Shown: positions 28,201 through 37,457, numbered from the stretch's first letter. The stretch is DNA of 64,000 bases from Thiobacillus sp. (GCA_041639395.1 JBEQCG010000005.1:4854-68853); one strand, 5' to 3'. Made by a program: numbers and translations. The notes: a model not told the origin generated them from the sequence alone.

Positions 28201-30139
28201 CGCGCTTCCCTTCTACAGCGGCATCGCGGCCGGCGGTGCGCTGGTCACCGTGCTGGGCGCGCTGGCGATTGCCGCGCTGCTCACCCGTTACCGCAAGTGG
28301 GGCGTGCTGTGGCGCGACTGGCTGACCAGTTGCGACCACAAGAAAATCGGCATCATGTACATCGTCATCGCGCTGGTGATGCTGCTGCGCGGCTTCATCG
28401 ACGCGGCGATGATGCGCGCGCAGCAGGCGATGGCGCTGGACAGCGGCGGCTATCTGCCGGCCGAGCATTTCGCGCAGATTTTTTCCTCGCACGGCACGAT
28501 CATGATCTTCTTCGTGGCGATGCCGTTTCTCACCGGGCTCATCAATTTCGTCGTGCCGCTGCAACTCGGCAAGCGCGACATGACCTATCCCTTCCTCAAT
28601 CTGGCGAGCCTGGCGCTGACCGCCGCCGGGGCCGGGCTGATGCTCCTGAGCCTGGCGCTGGGGCGCTTTTCCACCGCCGGCTGGACCGGCTATCCGCCGT
28701 ATTCGGAGCTGGGCTTCAGCCCGGGCGTGGGCGTCGATTACTGGATCTGGGCGACCATGCTCGCCGGCGTCGGCTCGACCCTGTCGGGGGTGAACTTCAT
28801 CGCCACCATCCTGTTCGAGCGCGCGCCGGGCATGACGCTGATGCGCATGCCCATGTTCTCCTGGACGGCGCTGTGCGCATCGATCCTGATGGTGTTCGCG
28901 TTTCCCGGGCTGACCGTCGCCACGCTGATGCTGGCGCTCGACCGCGCGTTTGATTTCCAGTTTTTCAGCAACGGGCTCGGCAACCCCATGCTGTACATCA
29001 ACCTGTTCTGGATCTGGGGCCACCCCGAGGTATACATCCTCATCTTGCCGGCCTTTGGCGTGTTTTCCGAAGTGGTGGCGACCTTCTCGCGCAAGACGCT
29101 GTTCGGCTATCCCTCGATGGTGTATGCCACCGCCGCCATCGCGCTGTTGTCCTTTGGCGTGTGGCTGCATCACTTTTTCACCATGGGCGCGTCGGCGAAC
29201 GTCAACGCCGCCTTCGGCATTGCCACCATGGTGATCGCGATTCCCACCGGGGTGAAGGTGTACGACTGGCTGTTCACGATGCATCGCGGGCGCATCGAAT
29301 TCCACTCGTCGATGCTGTGGGCGATGGCCTTCATGGTCACCTTCGTCATCGGCGGCATGACCGGCGTGATGCTGGCGATTCCGCCCATCGACTACCTGGT
29401 GCACAACACCGCTTTCCTCGTCGCGCACTTTCACAACATGCTCATCCCCGGCGCGCTGTTCGGCTACTTTGCCGGCTACGCCTACTGGTTTCCCAAGGCC
29501 TTTGGCTTCACCCTCGACGAACGCTGGGGCAAGCGCGCGGTCGGTTTCTGGGTGGCGGGTTTCTGGCTCGCCTTCATGCCGCTGTACGCGCTGGGTTTTC
29601 TGGGCATGCCCCGGCGCATGGAGCAATACAGCGATCCCGCCTGGCAGCCGCTTTTGATCGTCGCCGCCGTCGGCGCGGGGCTCATCGCCTGCGGCATCGC
29701 CAGCCAGATCGTGCAGCTGGTGGTGTCGATCCGCCGGCGCGCGGCGCTGAGGGATACCACCGGCGACCCGTGGGACGGCCGCACGCTCGAATGGGCCACC
29801 GCCTCGCCGCCACCACCGTGGAACTTTGCCGCCACCCCGGTGGTGCACGGGCTCGACGCCTACGCCGCGATCAAGGCCGGGCGCGCGCCGGCGGACACAT
29901 TGCCGCTGACCGACATCGAACTGCCGCGCAACACGCCGCTGGGCGTGGCGGTGCTGGGGCTGTCTTTCCTGTTCGGCTTCGCCATGATCTGGTGGATATG
30001 GTGGCTGGCCGTGCTCGCCGGGCTGGGGCTGCTCGGTGTCATCCTCCTGCGCGCCTTCGACGACCATCCAGAGAAAACCGTATCCGCCGCCGAGCTTGCG
30101 CGCGACGATGACACTACGCTTGCGGAGGGCCGCGCATGA
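28178..30139 (+). CDS. cyoB: Ubiquinol oxidase (bo3-type) subunit I
   Basis: GTG start after GGAG (MFGRLG); HGTIM, WGHPEVY, WLHH, HFHN; quinol-site R/D/H/Q equivalents (RGFIDA, HFAQ). Confidence 0.95.
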   Translation: MFGRLGVDALPFYSGIAAGGALVTVLGALAIAALLTRYRKWGVLWRDWLTSCDHKKIGIMYIVIALVMLLRGFIDAAMMRAQQAMALDSGGYLPAEHFAQIFSSHGTIMIFFVAMPFLTGLINFVVPLQLGKRDMTYPFLNLASLALTAAGAGLMLLSLALGRFSTAGWTGYPPYSELGFSPGVGVDYWIWATMLAGVGSTLSGVNFIATILFERAPGMTLMRMPMFSWTALCASILMVFAFPGLTVATLMLALDRAFDFQFFSNGLGNPMLYINLFWIWGHPEVYILILPAFGVFSEVVATFSRKTLFGYPSMVYATAAIALLSFGVWLHHFFTMGASANVNAAFGIATMVIAIPTGVKVYDWLFTMHRGRIEFHSSMLWAMAFMVTFVIGGMTGVMLAIPPIDYLVHNTAFLVAHFHNMLIPGALFGYFAGYAYWFPKAFGFTLDERWGKRAVGFWVAGFWLAFMPLYALGFLGMPRRMEQYSDPAWQPLLIVAAVGAGLIACGIASQIVQLVVSIRRRAALRDTTGDPWDGRTLEWATASPPPPWNFAATPVVHGLDAYAAIKAGRAPADTLPLTDIELPRNTPLGVAVLGLSFLFGFAMIWWIWWLAVLAGLGLLGVILLRAFDDHPEKTVSAAELARDDDTTLAEGRA

Positions 30140-30741
30140 ATACGCTTGCCACACACGCCCCGCACGACGAAGCCAATGCCCCCGACAACAGCGTCGTCGC
30201 GCTGGGCTTCTGGATTTTTTTGCTCTCCGACCTGGTGCTGTTCCTGCTGCTCCTCACCAGCTATCTGGCGCTGCTGCCCAACACCGGCAGCGGGCCCGGC
30301 CCCACCGCCTTGTTCGACCTGTCGCGCACCGCGCTGCAAACCGGCGCGCTGCTCCTGTCCAGCCTCACCTGCGGGCTGGCGACACTGGCGCTGGGCGAAG
30401 CCCGCCGCCGCGCGCTGCTGGGCTGGCTCATCGCCACAGCGCTGTTCGGGGTGGCTTTCATCGGCCTGGAACTGGCCGAATTCAGTGGCTTGCTCGCGCG
30501 CGGCGCGGCCCCGCAGGCAAGCGGTTTTCTGTCCGCTTACTGGTTGCTGGTCTCGACCCACGGCGTGCACGTCAGCGCCGGCCTCGTGTGGATCGTGGTG
30601 CTCGCGGCGCAGATCGGGCTGCGCGGACTCACGCCCCGCATCGTCTCGCGCTTCACGCGCTTTGCGCTGTTCTGGCACATGCTCGACGTGGTCTGGATCG
30701 GCATCTATTCCTTTGTGTATCTGTACGGGAGCCTGCCATGA
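30136..30741 (+). CDS. cyoC: Ubiquinol oxidase subunit III
   Basis: GFWIFLLSD, FLSAYWLLVSTHGVHV, FWHMLDVVW. Confidence 0.93.
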   Translation: MNTLATHAPHDEANAPDNSVVALGFWIFLLSDLVLFLLLLTSYLALLPNTGSGPGPTALFDLSRTALQTGALLLSSLTCGLATLALGEARRRALLGWLIATALFGVAFIGLELAEFSGLLARGAAPQASGFLSAYWLLVSTHGVHVSAGLVWIVVLAAQIGLRGLTPRIVSRFTRFALFWHMLDVVWIGIYSFVYLYGSLP

Positions 30742-31028
30742 CGCGCACGCAACTGGCCGCCGGATTCGCGCTTGCCGTGGGCCTCACGGTGCTGCCCTTC
30801 GCGGCGGTCATGGGCGGCGCGCTGTCGCGCGAATCGCTGCTGGCGCTGATCGCCGGCAGCGGACTGTTCCAGGTGGTGGTGCACCTGCGGCTGTTTCTCG
30901 ACCTGCGCAGCGGCGGGCGCGGCACCGCGCGCGTGCTCGCCACCGTATTCGGCGTGCTGCTGATGGCGATCATGCTGGTGGGCACGCTGTGGGTGATGCG
31001 CGATCTGCACCTGCGCATGATGCTGTAA
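30738..31028 (+). CDS. cyoD: Ubiquinol oxidase subunit IV
   Basis: QVVVHLRLFL, GTLWVM; ATGA overlap with cyoC. Confidence 0.9.
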   Translation: MTRTQLAAGFALAVGLTVLPFAAVMGGALSRESLLALIAGSGLFQVVVHLRLFLDLRSGGRGTARVLATVFGVLLMAIMLVGTLWVMRDLHLRMML

Positions 31029-31042
31029 GTGCGCCCGCAGAC

Positions 31043-32344
31043 TCAGGCGTGGCCCTCGATGGGGTTGCCGTAGAGCGGGCGCGTGCCGGCGCGGGTGCCG
31101 ACCACGTAGGCAATGCCGGCGGCGAGCATCACCGGCACCGCCAGCGCGTATTGCCCGGTCATTTCCAGCACCATCACGATAGCCATCAGGGGTGCCTGCG
31201 TGGCCGCCGCCAGCGCCGCCGCCATGCCGATCACCGCCGTGGCGGCGGGCGTGCCCACCCATTCGACTGGCAACACGCCGAGCGCGGTGTCGCCGAGCAG
31301 AAAACCGCCGGCGGCCCCGATGAACAGCGTGGGCGTGAACAGGCCGCCGACCGCGCCCGAGCCCGCGCTCGCCAGCGTCGCCAGAAACTTGATCGCCAGC
31401 ACCAGGAGCAGCCATTCGGCCAGCACACCACCGTGCAGCACGCGCGACACCGTGCTGAAGCCGTTGCCCCACACCTCGGGCGCGAGCGCGGCGAGAATGC
31501 CCGCCACCAGCCCGCCCGCCGCCAGCCGCGCGGGCAGCGGGCCGATATGCGCGAAGGCGCGGCGGCTCGCCGCCACCGCATGCAGCAGCGCTGCACCGAG
31601 CGCGCCGCAGAGCAGTCCGGCGACGGCGGCGAACAGCAGGCTGCCGCTGTCGGCCTGGATCGACGGCATGGCGTAGAGCGGCTGCGACAGCCCCAGTCCG
31701 TGGATCAGCACGCTGGACGCCGCCACCGCGATCAGCACCGGGGCCACGGTGTGGCGCGCCATGAATCCCAGCGCGAGTTCGAGCACGAAAATCACCCCGG
31801 CGATGGGCGCGTGATACGCCGCGCCGATACCCGACGCGATGCCGCACACCAGCAGCGCGTTGCGCTGTTCGGGGGCCAGCCGCACCGCGCGCCCGAGCAC
31901 CACCGCTGCCCACGCGGCGAGCTGCACCATCGGCCCTTCGCGTCCGACCGACGCGCCGCTCACCACCGACACCAGCGACGAGGCGCTGCGCGCGAGCGTG
32001 GTGCGGTCGTTGAGCTCGGCCTCGCCGGCGCGCGCAGCGTCGATGTAGTCGATATGCTTTTCGCCGCGCGGGCCGCGTGCCGCCCAGCGCGCGCCCAGCC
32101 AGAGCACGCCGCCGGCGATGAGCCCGCCGGCCGCGCCGATGACGATGCGCAGCCACGGCGGCAGCGCGGCCGCAGCGGCGACCAGTCCCGCGTCCTGCGA
32201 ACTCAGCCACCACTCGCCCACACCGATCAGCGTGCGAAACGCCGAGGTGACGCTGGCCGCGAGCAAGCCCGCCACGGCGGCCCACAGCCAGAACAGGGCG
32301 GCGGGCGCGGGCGGGGTGCGGGGGGCGGTGTCGGACGCGGGCAT
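31043..32344 (-). CDS. clcB: ClC-family chloride channel, ClcB-like
   Basis: GREGP, GGLFTP, PLY motifs; multi-TM. Confidence 0.82.
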   Translation of the reverse strand: MPASDTAPRTPPAPAALFWLWAAVAGLLAASVTSAFRTLIGVGEWWLSSQDAGLVAAAAALPPWLRIVIGAAGGLIAGGVLWLGARWAARGPRGEKHIDYIDAARAGEAELNDRTTLARSASSLVSVVSGASVGREGPMVQLAAWAAVVLGRAVRLAPEQRNALLVCGIASGIGAAYHAPIAGVIFVLELALGFMARHTVAPVLIAVAASSVLIHGLGLSQPLYAMPSIQADSGSLLFAAVAGLLCGALGAALLHAVAASRRAFAHIGPLPARLAAGGLVAGILAALAPEVWGNGFSTVSRVLHGGVLAEWLLLVLAIKFLATLASAGSGAVGGLFTPTLFIGAAGGFLLGDTALGVLPVEWVGTPAATAVIGMAAALAAATQAPLMAIVMVLEMTGQYALAVPVMLAAGIAYVVGTRAGTRPLYGNPIEGHA

Positions 32345-32413
32345 GTGCGCATCCTACCGTGATCAGCGCCTGAAACACTGGCGTGCGCGGAGGCGATCGC
32401 GCACACTTCGCGC

Positions 32414-33085
32414 ATGAAATTCCTGCTACCCCTGCCGCATCACGAACTGCACCCGCTGGCCCGCCTGCGTGCCTGGCATCGCCTGCTTGCGGCGGGGTTG
32501 GCGGGCTTGATGACCGGCGCGGCGATGGCCGGCGCGCTGTGGGAGACGCGACTGCTCGGCGGCTGGCTCGCCGCCGCGCTGGTGTATCTCGTCGTCGCCT
32601 GGTGGGGCGTGGGCCGGCTCGACGCGGCGCACACCCGGCTGCGCGCGTCGAGCTTCGACCCCGGCGTGGCGGCGCTGGTCGCGCTGGTCGTCGCGGCGTC
32701 GTGGGTGAGCCTGGTCGGCGTGCTGCTGGTCACCCACGCCGCGCGCCAGTTCGACGGGCTTGCGCGCTGGGGCCACATCGGGCTGGCGTTCGCCGCGCTG
32801 GCGGCGACCTGGCTGTTGATCCAGACGGTGTTCGCACTGCATTACGCGCGCCGCTACTACCGCGAGGATCGCGGCGGGCTGGTGTTTCCCGGCACCACCG
32901 CGCCCACCTACCTCGACTTCGCCTACTTCGCGGCGGTGATCGGCATGACCTCGCAGGTCGCCGACGTCGGCATCGCGCGGCCTGCGTTGCGCAGGCTGGT
33001 GCTGGCGCACGGGCTGATTTCTTTTGCCTTCAATCTGATGGTGCTGGCGCTGGTGCTCAATCTGGTGGCCGGCGCGCTGGGCTGA
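32414..33085 (+). CDS. DUF1345-family membrane protein
   Basis: FALHYARRYY, P.YLDFAYFA..IGMTSQVADV, AHGLISF.FN. Confidence 0.88.
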   Translation: MKFLLPLPHHELHPLARLRAWHRLLAAGLAGLMTGAAMAGALWETRLLGGWLAAALVYLVVAWWGVGRLDAAHTRLRASSFDPGVAALVALVVAASWVSLVGVLLVTHAARQFDGLARWGHIGLAFAALAATWLLIQTVFALHYARRYYREDRGGLVFPGTTAPTYLDFAYFAAVIGMTSQVADVGIARPALRRLVLAHGLISFAFNLMVLALVLNLVAGALG

Positions 33086-33117
33086 ACGGCCCCATGGAAT
33101 CCGCCGCGCCGGCCCGA

Positions 33118-33222
33118 CGGGGCATACGCGCCAATCGAAACGGGGGATATCCCCCGATTGCTGGCGCTTCCCAGAATAATCCAAGCTGAATCAATCGGTT
33201 GCGATCTGGCACACAGCCTGCT
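33118..33222 (+). promoter_or_regulatory. UAS + IHF site + sigma54 promoter of the sqr operon
   Basis: CGGGGGATATCCCCCG (33141-33156); AATCAATCGGTTG exact IHF consensus (33189-33201); TGGCAC-ACAGC-CTGCT (33207-33222). Confidence 0.75.
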
Positions 33223-33266
33223 GTAAGGGAGTCATCCACGCTCGCGTGTTTATTCAGGAGACTCCC

Positions 33267-34565
33267 ATGACCCCACAAATTCCCTCGTCCCGTCCGCACG
33301 TTGTCGTGCTGGGCGGCAATTTTGCCGGCTTTGGCGCGGCGCAGAAAATCCGTGAATTCGCCGGCGACGCGGTGCGCATCACCGTGGTGGATCGCAAGTC
33401 GCGCCTGCTCTACGTGCCCAATATTCCGCTCGAAGTGTTCGAGAACCGCAACCCGGCGGCGAGCCTGTTCATGGACATCGTCAAGCCGCTGGCCGACGAC
33501 GGCATCGACTTTGTGCGCGCCGAGGTGAACGCCATCGACCCGGTGGCCTCGACGGTGACGTGGACGCCCGACGAGCGTCCCGGCGCGGCGAGCGAAACCC
33601 ACGGCTACGACTATCTGGTGGTGGCGCTGGGCAACCGGCTGGCGTTCGACCGCATCGAGGGCTACGCCGAACACGGCCACAGCCTCACCGACACGGTGCA
33701 GGGCGAAAAGCTGCGCCGCTACCTGCACGAAGACTATCGCGGCGGGCCGATTGCCATCGGCTCGGCGCGCTTTCACCAGGGCGACGGCGCACGCGGGCTG
33801 GAACCCTACCCGCACGGTTCGATTCCCTACGCGCTGGCCGCCTGCGAAGGCCCGCCGGTGGAGGTGATGCTGTCGATGGCCGACTGGCTGAAGCGGCACA
33901 AACAGGGCGGCCCGGACAAGGTCACCGTGTTCACGCCGGGCGAATTGATCGCCGAGGACGCGGGGGTGCAGGTGGTCGATCAGCTGCTCGGTATCGCCGG
34001 CAAGATGGGCTTCCACTATCTCAACAAGGTCGGTGACATCGAACGCCTCACTGCGCACGGCGTCGAGTTTGCCGATGGCCGCAGCGTCGAGGCCGAACTC
34101 AAGATCGTGTTCCCCGACTGGCGCGCGCACGAATTCCTGCGCGGCCTGCCGATTGCCGACAGCGAAGGTTTCATCGTCACCGATCTCACCATGCGCAACC
34201 CGGCGTTCCCGAACGTGTTTGCGGTGGGCGACTGCGCAGCGGTGACGGTGCCCAAGCTCGGTGCCATCGGTCACCAGCAGGCCGAGATCGTCGGCCGCCG
34301 GCTCGCGCACGAACTCGGCCGGCTGGACGACCCCGGCGAGCCGCTCGCACCGGTGGTGTACTGCATCGGCGACATGGGTAGCGGCCAGGCGTTTTACATC
34401 CGCTCCAACAGCTGGTTCGGCGGCGACACCCAGGTGCTGAAAATGGGCCGCGTGCCGCATCTCTTGAAGATGCACTACAAGACGATGTTCTACGAACGCC
34501 ACGGCAAGGTGCCGGCCTGGGGGCTGGATGCCGCCGAGCTGCTGGCGGAAAAAGTGTTTGCCTGA
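33267..34565 (+). CDS. sqr: Sulfide:quinone oxidoreductase (type V/SqrE-like)
   Basis: VVVLGGNFAG FAD fold, ACEGP and YCIGDMG cysteine pair, AVGD..VPKLG. Confidence 0.78.
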   Translation: MTPQIPSSRPHVVVLGGNFAGFGAAQKIREFAGDAVRITVVDRKSRLLYVPNIPLEVFENRNPAASLFMDIVKPLADDGIDFVRAEVNAIDPVASTVTWTPDERPGAASETHGYDYLVVALGNRLAFDRIEGYAEHGHSLTDTVQGEKLRRYLHEDYRGGPIAIGSARFHQGDGARGLEPYPHGSIPYALAACEGPPVEVMLSMADWLKRHKQGGPDKVTVFTPGELIAEDAGVQVVDQLLGIAGKMGFHYLNKVGDIERLTAHGVEFADGRSVEAELKIVFPDWRAHEFLRGLPIADSEGFIVTDLTMRNPAFPNVFAVGDCAAVTVPKLGAIGHQQAEIVGRRLAHELGRLDDPGEPLAPVVYCIGDMGSGQAFYIRSNSWFGGDTQVLKMGRVPHLLKMHYKTMFYERHGKVPAWGLDAAELLAEKVFA

Positions 34566-34710
34566 CGCAGCCCGTGCTGCGCGTTGTTACCCAACGGGTA
34601 GGGCGACTGGATGCGCCGGATCATGGAACGCCCTACCCGTTTCCCTCACCCCGGCCCTCTCCCGCAAGCGGGAGAGGGGGACGCAGCCAACGCTGCGCGT
34701 TGTTACCCAA
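34564..34710. repeat. Composite palindromic element: 31-bp direct repeats flanking two hairpins
   Basis: 34564-34594 vs 34680-34710 (28/31); GTAGGGCG/CGCCCTAC IR; CCCTCTCCCGC-AA-GCGGGAGAGGG hairpin. Confidence 0.65.
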
Positions 34711-34727
34711 ACGAGAAGGAGACAGAC

Positions 34728-34943
34728 ATGGCCAATGCCCTGCAACGGGAAGCGATCCCGACCCTCAACGCCGGAGGTGATTTCGCCTCGGTCGTGCTGC
34801 GCGTGCTGCTCGGCGCGGCGATGCTGTTGTGGCTCGCCGCCGGCATGTTCGTGTGGACGGCGCTCGCGCTGTTCACCCTGCTGCTGGCGACGCTGCGCCT
34901 GCCCTTCGTGCTGCTGGGGCGCCTGATGGCGCGTCGGCCATGA
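34728..34943 (+). CDS. Small membrane protein (71 aa)
   Basis: AAGGAG RBS, long hydrophobic stretch, ATGA overlap with emrA. Confidence 0.7.
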   Translation: MANALQREAIPTLNAGGDFASVVLRVLLGAAMLLWLAAGMFVWTALALFTLLLATLRLPFVLLGRLMARRP

Positions 34944-35932
34944 CGCGGGGGCGCATCGTGGCGATCGCGCTGGTGTGCTCTGCGGTGGCGCTGGCGGGTG
35001 GCGCGGCCTGGTGGCGCGTGGCCAGCCGCGAGGTGTCGACCAGCGACGCCTACGTCGGCGCGCAGGTGGTGCAGATCGCGCCGCAGATCGGCGGGCGGGT
35101 GAATTCGGTCGCGGTGTGGGAAGGCCAGTCGGTGAAGCGCGGCGACGTGCTGTTCCGCATCGACCCGGCCCCCTACGAACTGGCGCTCGACGCCGCGCGC
35201 GCGCGGCTTACCCAGGCGCGCGAAGGCGCGCGCGCCGGGCAGGCGGCGGTGGGCGCGGCGCGCGCCGAAGTGCAGGCACAGGCGCAAACCGCGCACAACG
35301 CCGAATCGCTCGCGGCGCGCGACACCGCGCTGGTGGCACGCGGCTTTCTCTCACCGCAGGCCGGCGAAACGGTCGACGCCCAGGCCGCCGCGGCGCGCGC
35401 GGCCACCCGCGCCGCGCGCGAACGCGAAGCGCAGGCGGTGGCCGCCGCCGGCGCGGCGGGGCGCGACAACGCCGGCATTCGCGCGGCCGAGGCGGCGCTC
35501 GCGCAGGCGCAGCTCGATCTGGCGCACACCGTGGTGCGCGCGCCGGCCGACGGGCGCATCAGCCAGTTGACGTTGCGGCCCGGAGCCATGGTCGAGGCCA
35601 GCACGCCGCTGTTCGCGCTGGTCGATTCGAGCCGCTACTGGGTCGATGCCAACTTCAAGGAAACCGATCTGGCGCAGATCCGCAGCGGGCAGCGCGCCAG
35701 GGTCACGCTCGACATGCAGCCCGGCCAGGTGTACCGGGGGTCGGTGATCGCCATCGGTGCCGGGGCGGGCAGCGCGTTTTCGCTGCTGCCGCCAGAAAAC
35801 GCCAGCGGCAACTGGGTGAAGGTGACGCAGCGGGTGCCGGTGCGCATCCTGCTCGACGGCGTCGAAGCGGGTGCACTGCCGGCGGTGGGTGCCAGCGCAA
35901 CCGCCACGGTGATGCTTGGCCATGACGGCTGA
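34940..35932 (+). CDS. emrA: EmrA/HlyD-family membrane fusion protein
   Basis: STSDAYV, APQIGGRV, VDANFKET, PPENASGNWVKVTQRVPVRI. Confidence 0.9.
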   Translation: MTRGRIVAIALVCSAVALAGGAAWWRVASREVSTSDAYVGAQVVQIAPQIGGRVNSVAVWEGQSVKRGDVLFRIDPAPYELALDAARARLTQAREGARAGQAAVGAARAEVQAQAQTAHNAESLAARDTALVARGFLSPQAGETVDAQAAAARAATRAAREREAQAVAAAGAAGRDNAGIRAAEAALAQAQLDLAHTVVRAPADGRISQLTLRPGAMVEASTPLFALVDSSRYWVDANFKETDLAQIRSGQRARVTLDMQPGQVYRGSVIAIGAGAGSAFSLLPPENASGNWVKVTQRVPVRILLDGVEAGALPAVGASATATVMLGHDG

Positions 35933-37457
35933 ATCCGGCCGCACCGAACCCAACCGCGCGCTCATCATCCTCGCGGTGATGAGCGCCGCCGTGCTGGTGG
36001 TGCTCGACATGACCATCGTCAACGTGGCGATGCCGCACATGGCGGGCGCGCTGGGGGCCAGTCAGGAAGAAATCAGCTGGGTGCTCACCAGCTATCTGGT
36101 GGCGTCCGCCGTGTTCATGCCGCTCACCGGGTTTCTGGTCGACCGTTACGGCCAGCGCCGCGTGCTGCTGGTGTCGATAGCCGGCTTCGTGACCGCCTCG
36201 GCGGCCTGCGGGCTGGCGCAGAATCTTTCGACCATGCTGATTTTTCGTGGCTTGCAAGGCCTATTCGGGGCCTCGCTGGTGCCGCTGTCGCAGGCCATCC
36301 TCACCGCCGTCACGCCGCCCGAACAGCGTGGCCGCGCGATGGCGCTGTGGGGCATGGGCGTGATGCTGGGGCCGGTGCTGGGCCCCACGCTCGGCGGCTG
36401 GCTCACCGAAACTTTCGACTGGCGCTGGATTTTCTACATCAACCTGCCGGTGGGGCTGATGGCGCTGGCGATCGGTGCGCGCGCGGTGCCCGAATCGGCG
36501 CGCATCGCGCGCGTGCTCGACTGGCGCGGTCTGGCGCTGGCGTCGGTGGCGATTGCCGCGCTGCAATTCGCGCTCGACCGGGGCAACACCGACGGCTGGC
36601 TGGGGTCGCCCGTCATCGTCGGCTGTTTCGTGCTGTCAGCCACGGCTTTCGTCGCCTTTCTGGCGTATGCGCTGACGACCAAACGGCATCCGGTGTTCGA
36701 CCTCCACGTCTTCGCCGACCGCAATTTCGCCACCGCGTCGGCGATCATCGGCGTGCTGGGCCTCGGCATGTTCGGCGCGCTGGCGGTGCAGCCGGTGATG
36801 CTCGAAACCCTGCTCGGTTACCCCGCGCTTACCGCCGGCGAAGTGATGGCCCCGCGCGGGCTGGCGAGCCTGTTGGCGATGGTCGTCGCCGGTCGCCTGA
36901 TTGGCCGCGTCGATACGCGCTGGATCGTCGGCAGCGGCATGCTGCTTGCGGCCGCCGGCAGCTACGCCATGGCCGGACTCACGCTCGATCTGTCGCCCTG
37001 GCAGGCGGTGTGGCCGGGCCTGCTGCAAGGCGCGGGCATGGGGCTGATGATGGTGCCGCTGTCGGCGCTTGCGCTGTCCACGCTCAAGCCTGCGATGCAG
37101 GCCGAGGCGGCGGGCATTTTCAGCTTGGTGCGCACGCTTGGTTCGTCGGTGGGCATCGCCGTCGTCGCCAGCGTAGTGAGCCGGCAGACGCAGACCATGT
37201 GGCAGCAGCTCGGCGCGCACGTCGATCCCTACAACCCGGCGCTTGGCACCTGGCTGGAACGCCTGCACGCCACCCCGCACGACCCGCAGGCGATGGCGGT
37301 CGTCACCGCCGAACTCGCGCGCCAGGCGTCGATGCAGGGCGTGCTCGACGCCTACGCGCTGATCGCCTGGAGTTTCCTCGCCATGCTGCCGCTGCTGGGC
37401 TTCCTGCACGGCGGCAAGGTGGCGCGTCCCCAGGCTGCGCCGGCGGAGGCGGGGTGA
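35922..37457 (+). CDS. emrB: DHA2 MFS transporter, EmrB-like
   Basis: LDMTIVNVAMP, WVLTSYLV, GPVLGPTLGGWLT, WRWIFYINLPVG. Confidence 0.9.
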   Translation: MTAESGRTEPNRALIILAVMSAAVLVVLDMTIVNVAMPHMAGALGASQEEISWVLTSYLVASAVFMPLTGFLVDRYGQRRVLLVSIAGFVTASAACGLAQNLSTMLIFRGLQGLFGASLVPLSQAILTAVTPPEQRGRAMALWGMGVMLGPVLGPTLGGWLTETFDWRWIFYINLPVGLMALAIGARAVPESARIARVLDWRGLALASVAIAALQFALDRGNTDGWLGSPVIVGCFVLSATAFVAFLAYALTTKRHPVFDLHVFADRNFATASAIIGVLGLGMFGALAVQPVMLETLLGYPALTAGEVMAPRGLASLLAMVVAGRLIGRVDTRWIVGSGMLLAAAGSYAMAGLTLDLSPWQAVWPGLLQGAGMGLMMVPLSALALSTLKPAMQAEAAGIFSLVRTLGSSVGIAVVASVVSRQTQTMWQQLGAHVDPYNPALGTWLERLHATPHDPQAMAVVTAELARQASMQGVLDAYALIAWSFLAMLPLLGFLHGGKVARPQAAPAEAG

